From contig CM022674.1 of the NCBI GenBank assembly GCA_012295275.1, positions 3,658,001 through 3,722,000 on the forward strand: DNA of 64,000 nucleotides, in the 5' to 3' direction. This document shows, one piece after another, positions 44,290-57,752 of this stretch. Source of the stretch: Chrysomallon squamiferum. Taxonomy: Eukaryota; Animalia; Mollusca. The first letter of the stretch is position 1, and each line of letters begins with the position of its first letter. The notes beneath the pieces were generated by a model. It did no database searches. It saw only the letters and a list, made by a program, of their open reading frames with translations, and had not been told where the DNA came from. The translations under genes and the position numbers were made by a program.

Positions 44290-44888
44290 GCATTCTAATA
44301 AATAACGTTTAACATATTTCTACACATTTCTTCATATTATTATTTGATATATTTTATTTTCAAATTATTTGACATATTTACTGTTATCTAATAAATCATT
44401 CAGTATACTTTATCAAAAAGTCAAAATTAGATCATATTTATTACATACCATGTACGAAAAAATAATTTTTTTTTTTTTTTTTTTTAAATTAAAAGAAAAG
44501 AAAGAAAGAAATGTGTTTCTGTCAAAATTCGGTTGTTGCGCACTCATATGACCTTTGACCTCTCGTCAGCCATTGGAAAAGATTTAAGAAGGGCCTATCC
44601 TATGTCATATATTCATGATGTGCAATAAACAATCGATTATTTCATTGCTTATATAAACAACATCGACAAAGACTCTTTACATAACAATCTTAAATGGCCC
44701 TATAAATAAAACAAAATAGCAAAAATACAATAACGACGGTCTTTACTAGAAAATGTATCATAAAACCCAGTCGTTTTCAATTAATACACTTTATGGCATT
44801 TAGTTATTCAAAATCTGCATTTTCGATAAATGGTCGTCATACAGTAATAAGTGTATTTTATTAAAAGCCTGTTTTCTACAATTCAATA

Positions 44889-44977
<89 letters not shown>

Positions 44978-45132
44978 GATTACGTTTTTAACAAATAAGT
45001 ATTCCTTTGTTTTCTCTTATTTAGATAAAGGTTTGTTATGCAATCATTCTTTTATGTGTTGATTTATTTATCGATTCGTCTAGAAAGAGAGAACAACATG
45101 AATCCATTTTGCAGTACAAGTCCCATTGTCCC

Positions 45133-45168
<36 letters not shown>

Positions 45169-46447
45169 TAACAATAATAATAATATAAGAAGAAGAAGAA
45201 CACCAATCATAATATAATAACAACAACAATGATAATAATATAACAACAGCAACAACAACAACAAAAAATAATAATAATAATAATAATAATAATGAAATGA
45301 ACAAAAAACAATCAGTCATACTACCACAAACCCCACCCCATGCTCCCTACATCCCCTCCCCTGTAGAATCCTTTCCATTCATCCCCCTAACAGTGATTTT
45401 CAAATGTTGCTTTGTCTTCAGTAAACAAAAATACATCTGTTAGCGTCACGGTTGACAGAACTTCAGTTGATAAATACAGCTGAATCATGGCCTCTTTCTT
45501 ACTATCGCAGTTATTACAGGCATTTTATTCTTTCTTTTCTTTCTTTCTTACACTCTTCTTTTTCTTTATCTTTTACTTTCTTACTTGTTTTACGGACAGT
45601 ATTTCTATTTTTTATTAGTAGTATATCACTACTCCGTTTTATTTGTTGTATTTTTTTTTTTTTTTTTTTTTTTAAATTACTGTTCTCTTCAAATGTTTTG
45701 GTCCAATATTTCTTCTTTCTTTTTTTTTTTTTTCTTCAACTCTTCTTCTACACTGTTACTATCATTAATGTCACTACTACTACCCATACTGTTACTACTA
45801 CTACTATTGTTGTTACTACTACTACTACTACTACCACTATTGCTACTACTACTACTAATACTACTACTACTACTACAACTAATACTTTCACCTTATCTTT
45901 TCTTTCATTTCTTCTTCTCCTTCGTCTTCTTTCTTTCGTCTTTTTCTTTTTTTTCTTTGTCTTCTTCTTTGCTATTATTATTATACTCATTCTTTGCCAG
46001 TTTCCATTGTGTTTTTAATTGTGTTTCTCATTTTTTGTTTTCATGCATTATTTTTCCCCTTGAATTCCTCTAAAAAACACAACCCTTAACCTGCGACACC
46101 GTTAAAAATAAAAAATAAAACAATAAAAAATAAAATGTGTACCATTGTAGGGACGGGTCCATGGACTAGAAGAAGTATCTGCAGGAACAACACCTCTATG
46201 CCCACAAAGAGACAAGTTTCTCAAGCATTTTAAAATACATATTAGTATACAATGTGAATTTTTTATCTTCGTGTTTGTGTATGTGTGCATCTGTGTGTGT
46301 GTGGTCGTGTGTGTGTATGTAAGTATATATAAAAATACTGTACACGTATGTATGTATGTATGTGTATCTATGTTTGTGTATATTTATTATTATGTATATT
46401 ACGTATATATGTATGTACGAATTTATGCAAAATGGTGCATATATGAA

Positions 46448-46503
<56 letters not shown>

Positions 46504-46996
46504 GGTATGTGTATGTGTGTGTATGTGTGTGTATAAGTGTGTGTGTATGTGTGTGTTTCTGGATAATCTCTCTGTCAACGTACACACTACCTATCTTCCA
46601 CGTCTGTATACAGCAGTCCTTGATCTTACCCGTAATAAGGGGACACTAATATTTGATTCACCTCTGATTTTGTTACCCAGCACACGCCTCGCCACACCCC
46701 ACCACACCCTGGGAAAACATTTTCGATCTGTCCCTGCACTGGTTCAGATACAAGATGAGATTTAATAATGCTTACTCATATCACGTTTTTCAATCACGAC
46801 ATACTTTGTCTTTTTTTTTTTTTTTTTTTTTTTTTTAAGCCTTGTATTCTGGGTCAGAAGAATTCAATGCGAGTGGAGTTTTTTTTCCTATGTGTGTTTT
46901 TAGTGGGTTTATTTCTTTAGTATATTATACCTGAAATTGCTGCGGAGATTCAGGCAAGTTTGATATAAATATTAACAGAAAAGGAATGGAAAAACC

Positions 46997-47003
46997 GTTG
47001 TTA

Positions 47004-47048
<45 letters not shown>

Positions 47049-47514
47049 GTATTATCATTATTATTATTATTATTGTTACTATTATTATTATCATTATTAT
47101 TAATATTATTATTATCATCATCATTATTATTATTACTATTATTATCATCATTATTATTATCATTATTATTACTATTATTATCATTATTATCATTATTATT
47201 ACTATTATTATTATCATTATTATTACTATTATTATTATCATTATTATTATTATTATTGTTACTATTATTATTATCATTATTATTAATATTATTATCATCA
47301 TCATCATCATTATTATTATTACTATTATTATTATCATTATTATCATCATCATTATTATAAGAATTTTTATTACTACTACTGTTACTACTACTACTACTAC
47401 TACTACTATTATGATTATTATTATTACTATTATTATTATTATCATCATCATTATTATAAGTATTATTATTACTACTACTATTACTACTACTACTACTACT
47501 GTTATTATTATTAA

Positions 47515-47572
<58 letters not shown>

Positions 47573-47610
47573 TTTATTATCATTATTTGTAGTAGTAGTA
47601 GTAGCATTAT
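46997..47610. repeat. Long compound (ATT/ATC/ACT)n trinucleotide array with internal higher-order duplication
   Basis: Direct reading; the block tattgttactattattat..cattattattaatattatt recurs at about 47071 and 47253. Confidence 0.95.
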
Positions 47611-48091
47611 TTAATTATTGCTGCTGCTATTACTACTACTACTTTGTTTGCTGTTGTTGGGGTTTTTGTTGTGGTTTTTTGTTGTTGTTGGTGGTGGTTT
47701 TTTTTTTTTTTTTTTTTTTTTAATCTAAACTTTCTTTAATCTCCCGTTTCTTCATTTCCTTCTCTCTTTCTTTCCTTCTTTTCCTTTCTCTCTTTCTTTC
47801 TGTCCTTTCTTTTCACCCAGGATTCTTTTTTCTTTCTTTTTTTTTCTTCTTCTGTTTTTTATTTCTTGTGGATACATTCTTGAAACTGCTGACATTTTGA
47901 CCACACAAGATGACGCCTTTAATTGGTCAAAGAAAGAAACATTAACAGGAAATACCCACAGGGGATTGTCTGGAATTTGCATCACATTTTTAGTAAAAAC
48001 GGGCTAAGAAAAATGACACATAGATATTTGTGTTTATTTCACTCTCTATTAACCAAAACTGTAATAAAACTGACAACTATAGCCTAAGAGA

Positions 48092-48140
<49 letters not shown>

Positions 48141-49675
48141 GTATATGTATGTATGTATGCATGTATGTATCAGTATTTTTAATATCTGTAAAAGAAGCGT
48201 TACAACCGTAACATTATTTATATTTTCTTATTTTCTTATTAATTTATTTATTTATCTACTTCTGTCTTTATTTGTAATTTATTATTTATTTATTTATTAC
48301 TGATTTTTCATTCATTCATTATTCATTTATTTATTTACTTTGTTATTTATTTATTATTCATTCATTATTTATTTTTTCATTCATTCATTCATTCATTTGT
48401 TTGTTTGTTTCTTTATATATTTTTTTTTTGTTTATTTATAATGTATTTATTTTATTGTTTCTTTCAAACTTTTTTTTACTGCTTTCATATTTTTAATCCA
48501 TCTCTTGTTATTTTCATTTTAGGGGATTTTTTTTTTAATTATTATTTTTTGTTTGTTATATTTTTATTTTATTTTTTTTTATTTTTTTAATTGTTTCTTT
48601 TTCTTCTTCTTTTTTTTCTTCTTTTCTTTTGAATATATGAATACTGACATAAAATGTTTTCTTATTATATAATTTGAGAATTTTTTTATTGTATTCTTAC
48701 ATATACATAATTGTTTTTATTTGCATATATATACTTAGTTACATATATTCTTATTTATTTATTTATTTATTTATTATTTTATTTTTATTTTTATTTTATT
48801 ATTTTGTTTTATTTTTTATTATTTAATTATTTAATTTTTATTTATTTATTTATTTCGTTATTTAAATATTTTTTATTTTTTTTATTTTTTATATTTATTT
48901 ATTTATTTATTTATTTTTATTTATTTATTTATTTATTTATTTATTCTGTTAATTTTATTGTATTGCTGCAATTATTGTCAGCCTTTTTCTTACCGTTGTT
49001 CCTATTCTTCTTTTTGTTGTTGCTGTTGTTGTTGCAACTGTTGTTGTTCTTGCAATAAAGAAAGAAACAATGCATATATATAAAAATACGAAGAAACAAG
49101 TGCACTTCTGTCATCTTTACCGACAACCCAGTGAGTGGGCGTGGCAAATAACCTGTCACGTGACTGACAGGTGTACTTCAGACGGGCGTGTGGGCGGTCT
49201 CAGCTGTCACAAAAACACATCTACAAAACAATACATTCTGGCGACATGTTGCCTGGAGAAATGCAACACATATTCACGTGATGTAATTCTACGGCCATTT
49301 TGTTCTTTTCATCGGTCGATTTTTTTTTTTTTTTTTTTTTTTTTTCTTTGACAAACTACAATACAAACAGACGAAGTCTTTTTTCAGTAAAATATTTAAA
49401 AACTCCCAACCCACACACAAAAATGACCTGTAACACAATATTTATCAAATAAATGTAGCACGTGCGTTGAAAAACAAAGGTTTTTTTTTTTTTTTTTTTT
49501 TTTGTATGGCATGCGACAGATTTTATTCAACAAGTGTAATTATTTCTATAAACATTTCACTTTTGTCATCCGAAACACGTGTCTATGATAAAACTTTATA
49601 TATATATATATTATCACGTGATAAATTAAATTTTACCATGATGAATTATTACAGCGACTAATTTTTCTCAGTAAA

Positions 49676-49764
<89 letters not shown>

Positions 49765-49780
49765 CTCTCTCTCTTTCTTT

Positions 49781-49868
<88 letters not shown>

Positions 49869-50350
49869 CCCAATCCTCTATATGTATTTCTGTACACATC
49901 TATTTCTCTCTGCATAAAGTATCTGAATTTTACACACCTTTTCTTTCTTCTGTCTCAAATAAAACAAGGGTAATAAAAAAATAAATAAAATTGTCATACT
50001 GTGATGTTTCTGTACAAAACACTCCCTTGTTCATTAATCATTAATCGATTCTTTTGCGTTCTGCAGGCCAGGTAAATTTTATTTTCATTCACAGATATCA
50101 AATTAACTCTTAATTAAAATTTTGTGTCTGTGTGTGCGTGTATGTGTTTGTGCATATTGGTTAGTATGTATGTATGTACGTACGTATGTATATACATATA
50201 ATTTCTGTCTGCATGTATGTATGAAGGGATGGGTGGATGCGTGTGTATGTACTCAATACACTAATATTGATTATGACTGTTCGTCAAAAACAAGTTAATT
50301 TATGTTTCAGTCATAGCAGAGTAAAATAAAGAACCTTACCTGAACTGAAA

Positions 50351-50564
50351 TGACCTTTGACCCGAGGTCGTATGACTCAGGAATCCAGTACATTAGTACT
50401 GGTTTATCAACGAGCCAAGCACTAGTTTCCCCCAGCCTCTGGGAAGGTACATCCTTGTTGTTTATTACGGCTAATCGATAACATTAATAGTTAATTCATG
50501 TTTACGGTGCACTTACTGTTAAACCAGAAACAGACTCGTATTTCAAAAGGTCATGTGACCTTTT
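50351..50564. promoter_or_regulatory. Nuclear-receptor / AP-1 motif island
   Basis: DR1 TGACCTTTGACCC 50351-50363, TGACTCA 50373-50379, palindrome AAAAGGTCA-TG-TGACCTTTT 50545-50564. Confidence 0.35.
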
Positions 50565-51021
50565 CAGCGTTTGTCCTTTCTTGCTGTTTTTCTGTGTATT
50601 TGTTTTATTTCTTGATTTTTTTTTTTTTTTTTTTTTTTAGTGGGTGGATTTGTTATGTTTTTCTTTTACACATTTTTACAATTAAACGTTCGACAGACAA
50701 TAATAAATGTGGTTTTCATTCATACACTACAGTTCAGTAAATGAATGATCGAACGAATCATACTATTTAGTGATCATTCAGTCGTCGATTCCTTGGAGAT
50801 TCATTTATTTATCCATTAATTTATTCTCTCACTCCTTCATCTATTAGCTCTTTGATTCATTCGCTTATTCGTTTATCTATTTTGCTCTTCTTTTCACTCA
50901 TTCTGTTCAATTCATTTATTCTTTCGTTTATTCATACACTCAGATCATCCTTCTTTTGTTCGGTGATTCTTTCATTCATGAATTAATTCCTGTCATAGAG
51001 ATGATGCAGGCTTTAGTAGAA

Positions 51022-51321
<300 letters not shown>

Positions 51322-51973
51322 TTTCATAATAAATAAATAAATAAAAATAAACAAAAATTCTTCTAGTGAGTTGCCTGAAGGGAAAACAAAAAGTCTAAAA
51401 TAAAAAAGAAAAAGAAAACAGAAAAAATATTACTGGTACAAGACAGGTGCAATGACGTCACGATCCAATTACGGATGGCAAAATGGCTGCACAAGTTAAT
51501 TTGAAATCATTATTTAAGAATTTATTAGTTTAAGCTCAAAATACTGCAGTATAAACTTGATAACGTGAAGAATTTTTATTTTTATATATTTTTTTTATAT
51601 ATATATTTTTTTCTATTTGTAGTGTTTATTCATACTGCCAAATAATAGGTTTATAGAGTTTACGTTTTCGGTCGGCTGAAACTAATTATTAATAGTTTCT
51701 TGTAATCTTTTTTAAAAACCAATATACTCGGCGATTTTGTGTGTGCTTTATTGTTATTATTATTGTTATTATTATTGTTGTTGTTGTTGGTGTTGTTGTT
51801 GTTGTTGATGTTGGTGGTGGTGGTGGAGATGTTTTTGTTATTGTTGTTGTTGTTAATGCTGCTGCTGTTATTATTGTTGTTATTTTTATTATTATTATTA
51901 TAAACTGTTACACTAGTATATTATTTATGCTTATTAGTCGAATATTACTGATATATGTCTGTCTAGGTCTACT

Positions 51974-52009
<36 letters not shown>

Positions 52010-52123
52010 TATGTGTGTGTGTGTGTGTGTGTGTGTATTTACGTATGATTGTGTCTGCATGTGTGTTTGTATCTGTGTATTGATCAATCTTTTTAAACAA
52101 ATTTCTTCCCTATTTTTCATTCA

Positions 52124-52238
<115 letters not shown>

Positions 52239-52261
52239 TTACCTCTGTCATATTCTCTCTG

Positions 52262-52299
<38 letters not shown>

Positions 52300-52601
52300 G
52301 AAAACACTCAATGAACTTCAAAAACACATAAACACAAACAAAGAAAAAAAAATGAAAACAGAAGCAAGTACAAGCTAGTCAGACGCAGTCTATAAGCATC
52401 ATTACGGCATAACTGATAACGAGGTCATGTTGCGCCGCATACACTTGTTTGTCACGATGACCCGAGTCAGTACCAGTCATGTGTCGTCATAATTTGCTTT
52501 CGGGAATCCATATTATGAACGCAGCGACCTCTATCGGCTGACCGAATTCTTTTTCACTTAAAGAAAGAGAATCCATCTTTCTTTTTTTTTTTTTTTTTTC
52601 A

Positions 52602-52633
<32 letters not shown>

Positions 52634-52961
52634 CTTATACAAGCTGTTGATTTTAGGAGTGTTCAGGCAATAAAAGGGAGAGGGTAAAAAAAAAAATAAA
52701 AAAATAAAAAAATACAGCAGCTGTGATTTCTAAATCCAGATGAGTATAAACAGCATCGAATTTAAATATGGCGAGTATACATGAAGGTTGTTTTTTTTTT
52801 TTTTTTTGTCTGTTACTAAGAAAAAAGGATGAGTAAGATGTCATCTTGTTTTTTTTTTTTTGTCTCTTTGCAAGTTTAAATGAAGTGTAGAGGCCTTGTC
52901 TATAATTTATTTTACAAAACTGCATTGTCATGCCTCAGTTCACATAATTTTAAGTACGTAG

Positions 52962-53043
<82 letters not shown>

Positions 53044-53611
53044 TGGTAAGAGGGAGAGAAGGAAAGAAAGAGAGAAAGAGAAAGGCAGAAGGAAAAAAGA
53101 AATAAAATAAACATTGAAAGAAAGATGAACAAAAGAAAACGAAAGAAAATGAAATGAAATCAGGAAGAAAGAAATAAATAAAAATAAACAATGAAAGAAA
53201 GATGAACAAAAGAAAAGAAAGAATACGAAATAAATAAAGAAAAAATGAAATAAAAGTAAGAATGAAATAAATAAAGAAAAAGGATATGACACTAGAAATA
53301 CGGAAGTATATTTATATGAATCACATGTTGATTACGAAACATGAGAGAACAAAAAAAAAAAAATGTATTTACTCAGTTTAGTTTATTAATTACATCAACA
53401 CGGAAATTGTCTGCAAGGGGCGATTCCAAAATTATTTATGGTAGTTCTCTCTGAATTGTGTACCTATTGTTTGATTTGTTTGTCTGTTTGTCTGTGAGTT
53501 TTGTGTGTGTGTCTGTGCATGCACCGTGTGCGTGAAGAAAAACAAAAACAAAGAAGTTTTAAATAAATAAAATAATTCTCAACATGGCTTTATTGAAAAA
53601 GTACGCCTTTA

Positions 53612-53679
<68 letters not shown>

Positions 53680-53945
53680 TTATTATTATTATTATTTTTT
53701 TTTTTTCGCCTATTTTATACTAACGTTCTGTTAAGTGGGTTATTTTACATTTACCATTTTTAACACTGGCATCTACTGTTCTCATTATTCCTCTCATCAT
53801 TATTATTGCATTATCATCATCATCATCATCATCATTGTGACAGGAAGATGGAAGGAAGAAAGGATGAATATTAACGGAGAAAGTTGTTAGGTACAGGTTT
53901 TATAATTATGTTTTCTTTTTTTTATTATTATCATTATTCTCATCT

Positions 53946-54001
<56 letters not shown>

Positions 54002-54030
54002 GCTACTACTGCTATTACTACTACTACTAT

Positions 54031-54064
<34 letters not shown>

Positions 54065-54237
54065 GTTACTACTACTATTACTGTTAGTATTATTATTATT
54101 ATACTTATATTTATAATTGTCTTTTATTTCGCTTTATTATTTATAACTTATTAAAATTATTATTTTACCGTACTTTACTTACTTACGTATTTAAAAAAAC
54201 AAAACAAAAAAAAACGGTTTTGTTAAGAGAGAGAGAG

Positions 54238-54319
<82 letters not shown>

Positions 54320-54671
54320 ATAATACAAAGTCTGTCTCGCTGTCTTTATTCTCGTCTTGCGCTAATACTAAGATGTCACGACTACAGAAATATTATCTGA
54401 AATTAAAGCACGACTATTTCACACCCGACACTAATACCTGATATAACTTGATCCCACCCAACAGAACCTTTATACTTCGTGTCTATTGCACATTATTTAC
54501 TATACTTGCGACACAGTGGAATATATATATAGATAGGTATAGAAGTGAAGATATGTAAGGGAAGTAATTCTCCGTTAAGCGGGGGGGTAAATGAAATTAA
54601 GGTTTACGGAGTTACCTTCCTTCCTTTTTTATAAATGTGTTCCGTCAAGGAACAAATGAATCCTTTCTTTA

Positions 54672-54751
<80 letters not shown>

Positions 54752-55648
54752 CACAAACCTATACCACTGTTGCAGTAGTTGTTGCTGTCGCAATAGTAGT
54801 AGTTTAAGTTGTTGTGCATTGTAGTAGTAGTAGTAATAGAAGTAGTGGTAGTAGCAGCAGTAGTAGTTGTAGATGCAATAGTTGTTGTTTTAAACTACTA
54901 CTACTTTCAGTTGTAGTAGTAGTAGTAGTAGTACCAGTGGTTCTAGTAGTAGTAGTAGTAATAGTTGTAGTGGTAGTTGTAGCAGCAACAGGAGATATAC
55001 TAGCTACACTATTATTAATAATAACAATGACAAGAAGAAAAAGAAGACACAAGAAATATTAACCATTATTTATATCTCTCTTTATTTCCGAACCATACGA
55101 AATAACTACATCGATAACATATAACACTGAGTTAAAAACTTAAACTAGGTAAAGTATTGTTAATTACGTAATCTGCATGAAGGAAACGTTAGTGAAATAA
55201 TAATTTCAGTCAGTAACGGTTTGTTTTTCAACATATATTTCTTGAACACCGAAATTTTAAGTCGGAAAAATAAGCCCTAATGAAGAAGTAACAGACGTGA
55301 TTTGAAATTATTGACCTATTATTTCCTTCATGCAGATATTTCTTGTTTATTAAAAACACGGAGGAGGGGGGAAAGAAATTAAGGGGATTTATACATATAA
55401 ATTACATGATGTGTCGGAATATTTGATAAAGTCCAGCAATACATTTGCACGACATTCCATTCAGTCAGTTCTTAGCGTTTACAATATGGCGAAATGCGTC
55501 GGTAGAATGTATTATCATTAGTAACCTTATTCCGATTTTACAGTTCACAGAATTTCCAGTGCACGATGAAGTTAATAAATTATAAGAAATATTTTTGTTG
55601 TTTAAAAACTATCATGGACAATCCCAGTTTATTTATTTATTTGTTTGT

Positions 55649-55703
<55 letters not shown>

Positions 55704-56418
55704 TTTGTTTATTTGTTTATTTATTTATTTATTACTACTTCCTTTTTCTTTTCTTTTTTTCTTTTTTTTTTCTCTACGCTAACAAAGAAAGATACAAAAG
55801 TTCAAAATATACAAAAACTCAATTAAAATACTGTAAGTGTCTTTCAGGAGAAATTTGTTTTGGTTGTTGTTGTTGTTGAAAAAACATCTTCTTCGTAGTT
55901 CCAGAACAAAGGAAAACTGTTTTTCTTTAGTGTGGAGCGAAGAGTCTATGGAGGAAATTAAAGCGACGAAAAGAGGTTTGTCGTTCCAGCAACAGAAAAA
56001 CCGAAAAGTAACTTCTAATGTTTTAGTGATGTTAACAACTCCGAAATATTTGTATCCTTAGTTTGTGGTGCATAGTCTTTTAGGAGGAAATTATAGAAAG
56101 AAGTAATAATTTCCGTTCAGGCACAACTAATAATAGTTATAAGACGTGGCAACCAATCAGCAGCGATCTTTTGTTGATGACGTCAGAAACATTGAAGCTG
56201 AATGGGTAATAAGTTGCAGCTCATCATGCACTGAAGCATCTGAAATGATAAATAAATAAATAAATAAACATCTAACATGAAACGCAAGGATGTAACTAAG
56301 TAAGTCTATATATAAATAAATCAGTAACTAAGAATAAAAATAATAAGAAGAACAAGAAGAAAAAAAGAACAACAACAACAAAAACAACAACAATAATAAC
56401 AACAACAACAACAACAAC

Positions 56419-56469
<51 letters not shown>

Positions 56470-56471
56470 CA

Positions 56472-56505
<34 letters not shown>

Positions 56506-56554
56506 CAACAATAATGATAACAATAAAAACAACAACAAAAACAATAATAATAAC

Positions 56555-56589
<35 letters not shown>

Positions 56590-56940
56590 TAATAATAATA
56601 ATACGTTAAATACAATATTTATATCATAATCTCAAAATCTGAAACTTATCGATCGTATGACTTGTTTCTCAGTATACGAGCGGGAAATTCAGTATTGTGA
56701 CGTAATACGTGATTCCATATGTAGCGTCATATGATTTTGATTTAGAGATGACACTAGAGAGCAATTATTTCATTGGCTACTGGGTTTTTTTTTACATTTA
56801 GCAGAAAGACGTCGCTTATTTGTACCTTCCCACTAACAGGAAAACACGGAGACAAGGCCCTTTGTTGGGCGTGGGCTTCGGATTCTGGTTTGGAACGGGA
56901 AAATGACGAAATAGGAGGCAGTACCTGTGGTTTGTTAGAG

Positions 56941-57142
56941 TTAGACGCACTGGAGAACAACTTCGTCGATGGTGACGTTGCATGGCAACCCAGGGTGCCG
57001 GCGTTGCCGAATCTTTCGATCATTGTGACAAGGTAGGCGTTGATGAGGGCGTTCATTGCCAGGCACTGCTCGGAGGTGACGTTGCTGCCGACGAAGTCCA
57101 GAGTGATTTGTCTGCGTTTGTTGGAGTGATTGACGGTGCAGC
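56941..57142 (-). CDS. Chitin-binding protein terminal exon: RCTVNHSNKRRQITLDFVGSNVTSEQCLAMNALINAYLVTMIERFGNAGTLG(LP)CNVTIDEVVLQCV*
   Basis: ttccag phase-1 acceptor 57145-57143 in frame with exon 2; GC3-rich codons. The end at TAA 56941 assumes one missing base at about 56989-56991; read literally the frame runs to 56754. Confidence 0.7.
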
Positions 57143-57752
57143 CTGGAACGAAAGTGAAAGCGAAAGTAAGATAAATGATGGCTGAGATTTCTTTTAATTT
57201 TATTTTCTTTTTCTATTTTTTCTTTTGGTCAAGTTGTATAAAGAAAGAAAGTGAGAAAGAGAGAAAAAAAAAAAAGAAAGAAAGAAAAGATCGATGAAAA
57301 AGAAATAGAGAAAGAAAGAAAGATAAGAAAGAATAATGAAAGAACGTGATATTGGAGTGAAAGATTGAAACCGGAATGAGAGTCGTAGAAAGATTAGACA
57401 AAAAAAGAAGAGAAACAAATGAGGTTAAGGAGAAATAATAAGCGAACAGAAATACACATAAATATTTTTTGTACTTTCTTCTCTCTCTCTCTCTCTCTTT
57501 AACGATCTCTTAAAATTTTCAAAAAATACACAGGATATTTTATTAAGTAAAACTATCAAATATTGTATATAACCAAAAATTTCATGTCCTTTTTTTTTTT
57601 TTTTTTTTTTATGTTATCGGACCTTGCTTTTAACGATCTCAAAGACTCAAAGACTCAGTAAAACTTATGTTGGTACACAAGATTTAATATCCAACAATAT
57701 ATATATATATATAAAAAAAAAAAAAAAAAAAAAAAAAATTTTTTCTACTTAC

